A model generated the notes under the pieces. It was not told the origin of the DNA. It did no database searches and saw only the letters and a program-made list of their open reading frames with translations. Positions 27,301 through 40,067 of a DNA stretch of 64,000 nucleotides are shown here, piece after piece. The stretch is from Tubulanus polymorphus (Eukaryota > Animalia > Nemertea): the NCBI RefSeq assembly GCF_964204645.1, contig NC_134025.1, forward strand, positions 19,629,101 through 19,693,100, read 5' to 3'. Both the position numbers and the translations under genes were made by a program. The stretch's first letter is position 1, and every line of letters begins with the position of its first letter.

Positions 27301-30300
27301 CCAAAAGGTGGAATCGATGTTGATGCCCCTGAAGTAGATGTTAACCTAAGTGGTGACATAGAAGGTCCTGACGTCGATTTGAAAGGTAAAAAGACAGACT
27401 TTGGTATTAACCTCCCTGATTTCGATATCAACTTACCTAAATTTGGTGGCAAAAAACCAAAAGGTGGCATTGATTTGGAAGGTCCTGATGTCGACATCAA
27501 TGCTAAATTGCCAGATGCAGACATAGAAATGAAAGGCCCCAACATTGACGCTGATGTTAGTGGAGGAATAGATATAGATGGTCCAGATATGGATCTTAAG
27601 AGCAAGAAGAAAGGAGGGTTCAATATAGACTTTCCAGATTTCGATATAAATTTACCAAAATTTGGCGGTAAAAAGCCAAAAGGTAATTTGAACGCCGATG
27701 GACCAGATGTAGATATCGATGCCAAGTTACCGAAAGGAGATATTGATATAGAAGGTCCTGATGTTGATGTACACGGAAAGAAGAAAGGTGGTTTCGACAT
27801 CAATCTGCCAGATTTCGACATAAACTGGCCAAAATTTGGAGGTAAGAAACCTAAAGGGAAACTCGATATTGAAGGCCCTGAACTGGATGTCAATGGACCC
27901 AAAGGAAGCGTTGATATAGATACACCCGATATTGATGTTAACTTACCAAAGGGTGAAATCAGTGGTAACTTACCGGATGTTGACATAGAAATGCCTCAAG
28001 GACAACTTGACATTGACGTGAATAAGCCAGATGTTGACATTTCTGGGCCTGATGTAGGACTTAAGTTGAAGAAACCCAAAGGAAAAGGAATGAAAATGCC
28101 TGAAATTGGAGGAATGTGTGGTGGTAAGATGCCTAAAGGTGGCATTGATGTCAATATGCCAGATGTGAAGTTCAAAAAACCTAAGGGAGAAATCGACATT
28201 GACGGACCTGAAGGAGGGTTCGATGCTGATGTTAACCTACCAAAAGGCGATATTGATTTACCATCCCCAGATGTAGATGTTTCTGGTCCAGATGCTGATA
28301 TCAAGTTGAAAAAACCTAAATCAAAAGGATTTGGACTTCATCTACCAGATTTTCACATGCCTAAATTTGGTGGAAAGAAACCGAAAGGTGGAATCGATGT
28401 TGATGCCCCTGAAGTAGATGTTAACCTAAGTGGTGACATAGAAGGTCCTGACGTCGATTTGAAAGGTAAAAAGACAGACTTTGGTATTAACCTCCCTGAT
28501 TTCGATATCAACTTACCTAAATTTGGTGGCAAAAAACCAAAAGGTGGCATTGATTTGGAAGGTCCTGATGTCGACATCAATGCTAAATTGCCAGATGCAG
28601 ACATAGAAATGAAAGGCCCCAACATTGACGCTGATGTTAGTGGAGGAATAGATATAGATGGTCCAGATATGGATCTTAAGAGCAAGAAGAAAGGAGGGTT
28701 CAATATAGACTTTCCAGATTTCGATATAAATTTACCAAAATTTGGCGGTAAAAAGCCAAAAGGTAATTTGAACGCCGATGGACCAGATGTAGATATCGAT
28801 GCCAAGTTACCGAAAGGAGATATTGATATAGAAGGTCCTGATGTTGATGTACACGGAAAGAAGAAAGGTGGTTTCGACATCAATCTGCCAGATTTCGACA
28901 TAAACTGGCCAAAATTTGGAGGTAAGAAACCTAAAGGGAAACTCGATATTGAAGGCCCTGAACTGGATGTCAATGGACCCAAAGGAAGCGTTGATATAGA
29001 TACACCCGATGTTGATGTTAACTTACCAAAGGGTGAAATCAGTGGTAACTTACCGGATGTTGACATAGAAATGCCTCAAGGACAACTTGACATTGACGTG
29101 AATAAGCCAGATGTTGACATTTCTGGGCCTGATGTAGGACTTAAGTTGAAGAAACCCAAAGGAAAAGGAATGAAAATGCCTGAAATTGGAGGAATGTGTG
29201 GTGGTAAGATGCCTAAAGGTGGCATTGATGTCAATATGCCAGATGTGAAGTTCAAAAAACCTAAGGGAGAAATCGACATTGACGGACCTGAAGGAGGGTT
29301 CGATGCTGATGTTAACCTACCAAAAGGCGATATTGATTTACCATCCCCAGATGTAGATGTTTCTGGTCCAGATGCTGATATCAAGTTGAAAAAACCTAAA
29401 TCAAAAGGATTTGGACTTCATCTACCAGATTTTCACATGCCTAAATTTGGTGGAAAGAAACCGAAAGATGGAATCGATGTTGATGCCTCTGAAGTAGATG
29501 TTAACATAAGTGGTGACATAGAAGATCCTGACGTCGATTTGAAAGGTAAAAAGACAGACTTTGGTATTAAACTCCCTGATTTCGATATCAACTTACCTAA
29601 ATTTGGTGGCAAAAAGCCAAAAGGTGGCATTGATTTGGAAGGTCCTGATGTCGACATCAATGCTAAATTGCCAGATGCAGACATAGAAATGAAAGGCTCC
29701 AACATTGACGCTGATGTTAGTGGAGGAATAGATATAGATGGTCCAGATATGGATCTTAAGAGCAAGAAGAAAGGAGGGTTCAATATAGACTTTCCAGATT
29801 TCGATATGAATTTGCCAAAATTTGGCGGTAAAAAGCCAAAAGGTAATTTGAATGCCGATGGACCAGATGTAGATATCGATGCCAAGTTACCGAAAGGAGA
29901 TATTGATATAGAAGTACCTGATGTTGATGTACACGGGAAGAAGAAAGGTGGTTTTGACATCAATCTCCCAGATTTCGACATAAACTGGCCAAAATTTGGA
30001 GGTAAGAAACCTAAAGGGAAACTCGATATTGAAGGCCCTGAACTGGATGTCAATGGACCCAAAGGAAGCATTGATGTAGATACACCCGATGTTGGTCATA
30101 ACTTACCAAAGGGTGGAATTAGTGGAAAATTACCTGATGCTGGTGGTGTAGAAATGCCGCAAGCGAATCTTGACATTGACATGAATGGCCCAGATGTAGA
30201 TATCTCCGGTCCAGATGCTGATATAAAGTTGAAAAAGCCCAAATCAAAAGGATTTGGACTTCATCTACCAGATTTTCACATGCCTAGATTTGGTGGAAAG

Positions 30301-33300
30301 AAACCAAAAGGTGGAATCAATGTTGATAGCCCTGTAGTAGATGTCGACAAAAGTGGTGATATTGAAGGTCCTGACATCGATGTGAAAAAGAAAAAGAAAG
30401 AATTTGGCATTGAACTCCCTGATTTCGATATCAACTTACCTAACTTCGGTGGCAAAAAACCAAAAGGTGGCATTGATATGGATGGTCCTGATGTTGATAT
30501 CAATGCTAAATTGCCAGATGCAGACATAGAAATGAAAGGCCCTAACATTGACGCTGATGTAAGTGGAGGAATTGATATAGATGGTCCAGATGTGGATCTG
30601 AAGAGCAAGAAGAAAGGAGGGTTCAATATAGACTTTCCAGATTTCGATATAAATTTACCAAAATTTGGCGGTAAAAAGCCAAAAGGTAATTTGAACGCCG
30701 CTGCTCCAGATGTAGATATCGAAACCAAGTTACCGAAAGGAGATATTGATATAGAAGGTCCTGATGTTGATGTACATGGAAAGAAGAAAGGTGGTTTCGA
30801 CATCAATCTTCCAGATTTCGACATAAATTGGCCAAAATTTGGTAGTAAAAAACCTAAAGGGAAAGTCAATATTGAAGGCACCGATATCAGTGGACCTAAA
30901 GGAAGAATCGATGTAGATCTACCCAATGTAGATGTTGATTTACCGAAAGGGGAAATCCATGGAAACTTACCTGATAGTGATGTAGAAATCCCAAAAGGAC
31001 AACTTAATGCTGATGTTAGCCAACCAGAAATCGACGTTTCTGGACCTAATGTTGACTTGAAAGTAAAGAAGCCAAAATCTAAAGGTTTTGGTTTTAATTT
31101 TCCTGATTTCAATCTCCCCAAGTTTGGTGCTAAGAAAGGTAAAGGAGAATTTGATGTTAATTGCAGTCTTGATATTGACGCCGATTTAGACATAAAGGCT
31201 GATGAGGGTGATGTGGATTTCAAAGCCCCTGATGCACACATGGCAATGGATCGTCCTGATCTCAAAAGTGGTGCTTTCGATGGAGATATAAGTAATAAAG
31301 GAAAAAAACCAAAGAAAAAGAAAAGTTTCAAATTTCAAATGCCTGATTTTGGATTTAGTGGATCAAAACAAAAAGTTTCAGTCGTGGAACCAAATCTTGA
31401 GATCGAAACTTCCGATCTCGATGTTTCTTTTGATTCCAAAAAGCCAAAGAAGAAAGGTATTGGTTTACATATGCCTGATTTTGGAGGAAGGTTGAGTGGT
31501 AAATCTCCAAAGCCCAAAATACATCATACTCTTGGCGATCTTAAAATTGAATCTAACATTCCTAGTGCATCGGTTCCTGATTCTGATAGTAATGGAAAGG
31601 AATTTGGCTTCGACCTCAGCCTTCCCAAAATTGATGGAAGTTTGCCTGATATCACTAGTGGATATGATAAAACTGCAAGTGTCAATATTGAAGGTTCTGA
31701 CGTTGATATGGAGGATGAGAAAAAAGGATTTGGCTTTGACATCAATTTACCTAAATTTAAGGGAAAGAAATCAAAAGATGGTATATATATTGAAGGCCCT
31801 GATGTTGATGTAGATGCTGATTCTAGTGTAGATATCGAAGGTCTAGATGTTGATGTAAGAGGCAAGAAAAAGGGATTTGGCTTTGATATCAATTTTCCTA
31901 AGTTTGGAGGAAAGAAACCAAAAGGTGGTATTGACATAGATGGTCCAGAAATCAATGTAGATGCTGATTCTAGTGTAAATATCAAAGGTCCAGATGTTGA
32001 TGCGAAAGGCAAAAAAAAGGGATTCGCAATAGGTCTGCCAGATTTTGATATTGATTTGCCTAAATTTGGAGGAAAGAAACCAAAAGGTGACATAAACATT
32101 AAAGCTCCAACTGTTGACGTAGATGCTGAAGCTAGTGTAGATATTGAAGGTCCAGATGTTGATGTGAAAGGGAAGAAAAAGGGATTTGGCATTGATATCA
32201 ATCTACCTAAATTTGGAGGAAAGAAGTCGAAAGGTGGGTTTGACATTGAAGGTCCGGGTGTCGATGTAGTTGCTGATGCTAGTGCAGGTATTGAAGGTCC
32301 CGATATTGATGTGAAAGGCAAGAAAAAGGGATTTGGCATTGATATCAATATGCCGAAATTTGGAGGAAAGAAACCAAAAGGTGGTTTTGACATTGATGGT
32401 CCAGATGTTGATGTAGATGCTGATACTAGTGTAGATATTGAAGGTCCAGATGTTGATGTAAAAGGCAAGAGAAAAGGGTTTGGAATAGATCTACCAGATT
32501 TTGATATCAATCTACCTAAATTTGGAGGAAAGAAGTCAAAGGGTGGGTTTGATATCAAAGGTCCAGATGTCGATGTAGATGCTGACACTAGTGTAGATAT
32601 GGAAGGTCCAGATGTCGATATGAAAAAAAAGAAAAAAGGATTCGGCATTGATATCAATTTGCCGAAATTTGGAGGAAAGAAACCAAAAGGTGGGTTTGAC
32701 ATTGAAGGTCCAGATGTCGATGTAGATGCTGATGCTAGTGTAGGTATTGAAGGTCCAGATGTTGATGTGAAAGGCAAGAAAAAGGGATTTGGCATTGATA
32801 TCAATATGCCGAAATTTGGAGGAAAGAAACCAAAAGGTGGTTTTGACATTGATGGTCCAGATGTTGATGTTGATGTAGATGCTGATACCAGTGTAGATAT
32901 TGAAGGTCCAGATGTTGATGTTAAAGGCAAGAAAAAAGGGTTTGGAATAGATCTACCAGATTTTGATATAAATCTACCTAAATTTGGAGGAAAGAAGTCA
33001 AAGGGTGGGTTTGATATCGAAGGTCCAGATGTCGATGTAGATGCTGACGCTAGTGTAGATATGGAAGGTCCAGATGTTGATATGAAAAAAAAGAAAGAAG
33101 GATTCGGCATTGATATCAATTTGCCGAAATTCGGAGGAAAGAAACCAAAAGGTGATATAAACATCGAAGGCCCAAATGTTGATGTAGATGCTGATACTAG
33201 TGTAGATATTGAACGTCCAGATGTTGATGTAAAAGGCAAGAAAAAAGGGTTTGGAATAGATCTACCAGATTTTGATATCAATCTACCTAAACTTGGAGGA

Positions 33301-35353
33301 AAGAAGTCGAAAGGTGGGTTTGACATTGAAGGTCCAGATGTCGATGTAGATGCTGATGCTAGTGTAGGTATTGAAGGTCCAGATGTTGATGCGAAAGGCA
33401 AGAAAAAGGGATTTGGCATTGATATCAATTTGCCGGAATTTGGAGGAAAGAAACCAAAAGGTGGTTTTGACATTGATGTTCCAGATGTTGATGTAGATGC
33501 TGATACTAGTGTAGATATTGAAGGTCCAGATGTTGATGTAAAAGGCAAGAAAAAAGGGTTTGGAATAGATCTACCAGATTTTGATATCAATCTACCTAAA
33601 TTTGGAGGAAAGAAGTCGAAAGGTGGGTTTGACATTGAAGGTCCGGATGTCGATGTAGATGCTGATGCTAGTGTAGATATTGAAGGTCCAGATATTGATA
33701 TGAAAAAAAAGAAAAAAGGATTCGGCATTGATATCAATTTGCCGGAATTTGGAGGAAAGAAACCAAAAGGTGGTTTTGACATTGATGGTCCAGATGTTGA
33801 TGTTAATGTAGATACTGATACCAGTGTAGATATTGAAGGTCCAGATGTTGATGTAAAAGGCAAGAAAAAAGGGTTTGGAATTGATCTACCAGATTTTGAT
33901 ATCAATCTACCTAAATTTGGAAAGAAGTCGAAAGGTGGGTTTGATATTGAAGGTCCGGATGTCGATGTAGATGCTGATGCTAGTGTAGATATTGAAGGTT
34001 CAGATGTTGATATGAAAAAAAAGAAAAAAGGATTCGGCATTGATATCAATTTGCCGGAATTTGGAGGAAAGAAACCAAAAGGCGGTTTTGACATTGATGT
34101 TCCAGATGTTGATGTAGATGCTGATACTAGTGTAGATATTGAAGGTCCAGATGTCGATGTAAAAGGCAAGAAAAAAGGGTTTGGAATAGATCTACCAGAT
34201 TTTGATATCAATCTACCTAAATTTGGAGGAAAGAAGTCAAAGGGTGGGTTTGATATTGAAGGTCCAGATGTCGATGTAGATGCTGATGCTAGTGTAGATA
34301 TTGAAGGTCCAAATGTTGATGTGAAAGGCAAGAAAAAGGGATTTGGCATTGATTCCAAAATGCCAAATTTTGGAGGAAAGAAACCAAAAGGTGGTTTTGA
34401 CATTGGTGGTCCAGATGTTGATGTAGATTCTGATACTAGTGCAAATATTAAAGGTCCAGATGTTGATGTAAAAGGCAAGAAAAAAGGATTCGGAATAGGT
34501 TTGCCAGATTTTGATATCAATTTACCTACATTTGGAGAAAAGAAATCAAAAGGTGGTGTTGACATTGAAGGTCCAGATATCGATGTAGATGCTGGTGCCA
34601 GTGTGGATATTGAAGGTCCAGATGTTGATGTGAAAGGCCAGAAAAAAGGATTTGGCATTGATATCAATGTGCCGAAATTTGGAGGAAAGAAACCAAAAGG
34701 TAATATAAACATCGAAGGCCCAGTTGTCAATGTAGATGCTGATGCTAGTGTAGATATTGAAGACCCAGATGTTGATGTAAAAGGCAAGAAAAAAGGATTC
34801 GGAATAGGTTTGCCAGATTTTGATATCAATTTACCTACATTTGGAGGAAAGAAATCGAAAGGTGGTTTTGACATTGAAGGTCCAGATATCGATGTAGATG
34901 CTGGTGCTAGTGTAGATATTGAAGGTCCAAATGTTGACGTGGAAGGCAAGAAGCAGGGATTTGGCATTGATATCAATATGCCGAAATTTGGAGGAAAGAA
35001 ACCAAAAGGTGATATAAACATCGAAAGCCCGGATGTCGATGTTGATGCTGATGCTAGTGTTGATGTTGAAGATCCAAATGTTGATGTGAAAGGCAAGAAA
35101 AAGGGATTTGGCATTGATATCAATGTGCCGAAATTTGGAGGAAAGAAATCAAAGGGTGATATAAACATCGAAGGCCCAGATGTCAATGTAGATATTGAAG
35201 GCCCAAATATTGATCTGAAACAAACGAAAAAAGGATTTGGAGTTGATCTTCCAGACTATAATTTAGAAGGAAAGAAAGAAAAAGGGGATTTTAGTATTGA
35301 TGGACCAAATGTTGATGTACATGCTCATCCAAATGGCAATAATGATGTGACAG
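21398..35353 (+). CDS. Giant repeat exon (13,956 nt) of AHNAK/periaxin-like protein
   Basis: Single open frame containing the 4620-aa ORF; ttcctctttcag| acceptor (phase 1), ACAG|GTAAGA donor; AHNAK-like motifs GPDVDV, LPDFDINLPKFGGKKPKG. Confidence 0.92.
21560..31050 (+). repeat. Coding tandem array, 1080-bp (360-aa) unit, about 8 full copies plus a diverged partial copy
   Basis: Marker ccatccccagatgtagat recurs at 21781, 22861, 23941, 25021, 26101, 27181, 28261 and 29341, exactly 1080 bp apart. Confidence 0.97.
31680..35300 (+). repeat. Second coding tandem array of ~42-48-aa units in alternating short and long variants
   Basis: Recurring SVDIEGPDVDVKGKKKGFGID(LPDFD)INLPKFGGKK(P/S)KGGFDIEGPDVDVDAD. 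Confidence 0.92.
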
Positions 35354-35464
35354 GTAAGACAGATGTCTAATAGAATCTTTGAAATGTACATTTATCCATT
35401 TCTATCTGCATTTGTATATGTTTTTCGAAATAGATGATTTTACATTGTTCATATTTTGATTCAG

Positions 35465-36969
35465 TTGCAGAAAATGAAAAAGTAGCAGTTTCTGGATTCG
35501 ATGTTAAGTTGCCAGATATTGATTTAAATTTCCCAACCTTTGGAGGAATGAAATCAAGTACAGATACTGATATACCAGTTGAGGCCAGAGGTGATATTGA
35601 TGGGAAAATGCCTGCGTTTGCTGCGGCCAATTCTGGAACTGATGGATCTAAATCTGACAAAAAGAAGAAAAAAGAGAAAAAATTTGGCCTTCATCTACCC
35701 AAATTTGGTAAATCGGGTAAATATGACCTCGACAATGTTCCTGATGTAAGTGGCGATATATCCGGTGGAGCTGATTTTTCTGCTAGACTAGCTTCGAATA
35801 TTAATCTTGATGCCCCCGATCTTAAAAGCCCAATGCCGTCAGTGACTAAAAGGTCACCAAAGAAAGGAAAATCACATGGATTTGGTATGAGCTTGCCAAA
35901 ACATGGTAAATATGACTTGCAGTCAGATTACGATGCAAGTATTGATTCACCAGATAGCCATTCTAATTCTAACCTTGAAGGAAATTCAGATGAAAATGTA
36001 AAGGGTGGTTTTACTATCGTAGCTCCATCTATTGACATAAATGCTAATGCCGATGGGAAGGTAGAGGTTCCTGAAGCTGAAGGAAAGATATTCGATGAAA
36101 TCGTTCCAGATATTAATATTGGAGTTAATGCTGCAAGGTCGTTTGAGGCAGAGAATCCACAATCTAAAACTTTTGTAAAAAGCCATTTCCCAGACGTAAA
36201 TGCTGTTGCTGAATTACCACATCGATCTGGGGTGAATGTACCGACTGCTAAGTTTGGCTCTTATCAGCCCGACGTGCTAGAGACTGGTGCTGCCTTGAAA
36301 GCGGATTCAGACACTGGAATCGAAGCAATAGCTAATGATGCAAGTGCCAGATTTGGAGATTTGGCTGCCGATATATCCTTTTTAGAAGACCATATCCCAA
36401 AAGAAGAGAGTGTGGCTGTAGAAGCAACATGCCCAACGGCTGAGCTGAAAACCCATGGTTTTGATGCTGATGTTGATGTTCATCCAGTTAGCGAAGATGA
36501 AATTATTCCAGAAGCTAAGGCTACGGAGAAACCTGCCTGGAAGGTACCTCTGAAGTTAAAGGTAGATTCTATCAAAAAGAAGAAACCCAAGAAGCGTGCT
36601 ACAAAGAGAGAGAAAGAACGTGTACTTGCTAGTTTAGAAAAATCTGGTTCTCTTGATGCTGATATTCATGTTGCATCTGTTGAGGATACCGCTGTGGTTG
36701 TTGCAGAGCAACCAATAGTTGCGGAAGAAAAATCTGACAGTAATAAAAAATCAATTATGAGTGGATTAAAAGGTTTTGTGAAAAAAATAGGTGGAAATTC
36801 ATCTTCATCTTCATCTAGTTCATCAAGTTCTTCTAGTTCTTCTTCATCCAGCTCTTCAAGTCCTTCCTCATCTTCTGAAGATTTATCCAAAAAGAGACTG
36901 GTTCCATCTTCTAACTTATCTTCCGGCTTATCTGTATCAATTGACGATGATAATAACGTGAATGTGTAA
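35465..36969 (+). CDS. Terminal coding exon of AHNAK/periaxin-like protein (basic clusters, poly-Ser)
   Basis: Two phase-1 acceptors (exon start 35465 or 35471); degenerate repeat motifs LPDIDLNFPTFGG and FGLHLPKFGK; stop TAA 36967-36969. Confidence 0.85.
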
Positions 36970-37898
36970 GATGGTGATATATAAATGAGTTTTGTTGTAC
37001 ATGTACTTCTATTAAATCAAACCTTTTGAGAATTTGTTCCTTCAACGAATAGATATATTTTTTCGGAATAGAAGTACATGTATCTTTCGAATGTAAGGCA
37101 ATATATGCAGTGTAAAGTAGCTTTTTATTTTACAAGGAAGTACGTTTTTGCATTGTAAATTTTTCCTCGTTCTTATATTTACAATTTCAGCATTGTTTAA
37201 GTTAATTTTCTGAATCAAATGTAATTGACAAGTGTTAATAAGCCGAACATCTTTCTGTAATGTATATAGCTGTAGATCAGTACCGGTATTGTAAATTGAT
37301 CATGTAGTGAAACCTTTGTAGAATAGTAAGCTGAGGTGGTTGCATTGTTGCTGTTTGGAACGGTATTAGCATTGAAATATGTCCGGTTATATGGTTTTTA
37401 CGTTCATCTAACTATTTCTTGTACTACTATATATGATTGGCAGCACCAGGGCGATGTCTACCCTAATTTCCTTAGGTCAATTTTTTGGCGAAGCCTTTGG
37501 CATTAGTGCTTACAGATATGTATGTCCTTTTCAGATTTTGTTTTTGTTTTCGGTTAATTGAAATAAGATGCCTTTGAATAAATTGGACACTCAAAATTTG
37601 AAGGGTCTGTCAGATTACTTTAGCGCTGTCTATGTACAGACTTTATTACATGTACAAGTTGGCAATGGTTTGTGAAACTATTCGTATTAGCTTGAGAAAT
37701 CCTCTGCAAAAATTAGCTTATATCTGTGGTATCTATGATTTTGTGATATTGAATATATTCTGGTATTTAAACATTATATAATGACATATCTAGTAAATCG
37801 AATACTTAATTATACTATATACTTGGGTATTACTTTATTGCTATTATTGAAAATTGATGAAATTTTGTTTGTTCGTTTTGATAATGTGTATTTCTGTA

Positions 37899-38089
37899 AA
37901 TAAAGAGTCCATTTCTTAATTTCTATAAGTTACAAAATGTTCTGTTGACCATGATTTTCTGCCTTAAAGTATTATTATTATACTGATGATTATTTATTTG
38001 TTGTAAGTACGCTCAGGTATCTTTGAACCATTATACTGTACAGTTATATGAAATTCTAAAGCATTTTATTCAACAAATTATGCAATAAA
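37899..38089 (+). promoter_or_regulatory. Candidate polyadenylation signals of the AHNAK-like gene
   Basis: AATAAA at about 37899 and 38084, about 1 kb after the stop codon and before TE-rich DNA. Confidence 0.4.
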
Positions 38090-38142
38090 CAACGATACAT
38101 GTTTATATTGGAAATTCCTATTCGAGTTTCTTATTCTGATCT

Positions 38143-38146
<4 letters not shown>

Positions 38147-38211
<65 letters not shown>
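38147..38211. repeat. (AT)n microsatellite
   Basis: Pure AT dinucleotide run. Confidence 0.97.
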
Positions 38212-38213
<2 letters not shown>

Positions 38214-39358
38214 CTGACATGTTGAGGATGACAAAACTGGGCCATTCACCCAGGTTAAATTTTCTTGTGCCATGAGAAATGAGTAAACTTCGCATAAGTC
38301 GGATCATTTGAGATCAGCAAAAAAAATCCGAGTTAGAAAAAAGCCGACTATGGGCAAGTCGGATTTTTCACTTTTTTAGTAAAAAATCCAATATGGCCAT
38401 AGAAAAACGTCACTGAATGGAATAAAAATCAAATATGATAGTGAATGAAACTATTTATTCTATGAATATTTATTTATTCACTATTTCAACATAATGACTT
38501 CTGCAAGGTTTACTGTATGATAATGAGAGGAAAGTATATTTATGTGGAGGATGTTTTCAACCTAGCGGCACATCGGATGTGCAGATCCAGAAAACTTTAA
38601 GCATTGACCTTTTATATCAATGGAGAAACAAACAGATTTTCATTGTTGTTTAGCACATAACCGATACATTTTGAACCAACCCTTACCTCTTTCGCGATTC
38701 CCCATTGCTGTTAATTCTGTTAGTTCAATGGTGGATGGTGGAACCTAATTAATACGAAAATCATTGTAAGAAAATAATATAACCGCATTCATATTGGCCC
38801 TAATAAGAATATTATCGCATTCATAACTAAAGCTGCAAGTGTTGCCATCAGTATCCCGGGAGGATACCCGGATTCTTGTTCGCTCTTCTGACACGGTAAA
38901 ATTTTGTTAGCGTGAGATTTATTCTTAGTATATCACTTTATACAAATTTTAATCGGTTCATCGAGAGGATATATATCTGTCCAAATTATACGTAACGTTT
39001 ACAGGCAAAAAATGTTGGCTGAAAAGGGGGCAAGTAATAAAAATAATCACCAGAATTACAAGAGGGTTTCTGCGAAGCAGCAGAGGGTTTCTGCGAAGCA
39101 GCAGAAACCCTAATAATGATCATAAGTAATAATAAAAATGAAATAATTTTGTGATATTTGTAGATAATTATTCTTGGAAGTAGCCCCTACTCAATCGCGA
39201 ACTAGCAAGAGGTCTCCAGATTTAATTGTAAAGGGGAACCCACCCCGATCCACCCCTAAACATAGAATATCAGCCACATATTTAATAGAGAGTTTGGGTA
39301 GCATCCCAGTGTAAAGTAGTAAGATTTCAATTTTTAACACGTTCAAGGTGAAGACCTG

Positions 39359-40067
39359 AGGCCGGTTGCTCAAACGTTGTTTAAGACTTAAACAGTCGTT
39401 AAATTGCTAAACGAGTCGTTAAAATCAAACAGTCGTTATTTCCAGTTGCTCACAGATATAACGGTCGGTTAAATCCTTTAGACAACTGTTATAGTTAAAC
39501 GGTCCAAGGTACGTAGGTCGTTTATCTCATGTAACAAAAATGGTGGACCATATAGGTTGCTTTCTTCCAAATTTTCAAAATGAAAGACATTTTAGACATA
39601 ATTTCGAGCAATATTATGAATTCACTGATGATCGATTATGGCGGAGATTCAGATTTGGTCGGCATGGCCTGGAATTCACCAAGATAGTCGACACACTGGA
39701 GCTGCTGGTCAAGAAATCATAGTTCTCCTCTAACTAGATTGGTTATGAGGTCGATTTCTTTTACATTGAAGATAGTTTTTCTTTAAATTCTAATGTTTTG
39801 TTGAGCATTTTGAACTGAAACTGATTCCATGTTTGCAGCCATGTTGATTTTGAAAATGAGTCTAAACACTGTTTAGGACTTTCACCGGTAACTACTATTT
39901 AAAAAAAAAGATAACGACTCGTTATTTAATCAAAAGATTAAACAGTCTTTGAGCAACTGATCTAACCAGTCGTTAAAGGAGTGTTTAAGTAACGACTCGT
40001 TAGGGATTGAACTTGTCGTTAAGCATATCAACTGGCTAAAATTAAACAACGTTTGAGCAACCGGCAC
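39359..40067 (+). mobile_element. Internally deleted PIF/Harbinger transposon
   Basis: TIRs gccggttgctcaaacgttgtttaa / ttaaacaacgtttgagcaaccggc with CWG-type flanks; plus-strand transposase N-terminus (ERHFR...DDRLWRRFRFGR) and convergent Myb/SANT-like start on the minus strand. Confidence 0.75.

Noticed and set aside
21560-31050. Regular repeats considered as a CRISPR array or satellite DNA
   Set aside because: No unique spacers; the unit is a multiple of three and lies in one open reading frame of a eukaryotic exon
31524-35186. 1220-aa antisense ORF and the many repeated minus-strand ORFs from 21366 to 31331
   Set aside because: They shadow the sense frame; sense codons rarely include TTA/CTA/TCA, so the antisense frame stays open. 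The products are low-complexity S/P/F/T with no independent gene signals.
21508-35370. The 4620-aa ORF as a stand-alone single-exon gene
   Set aside because: It is bounded by good phase-1 splice sites (21398, 35353) that link it to the upstream PDZ exons and the downstream exon
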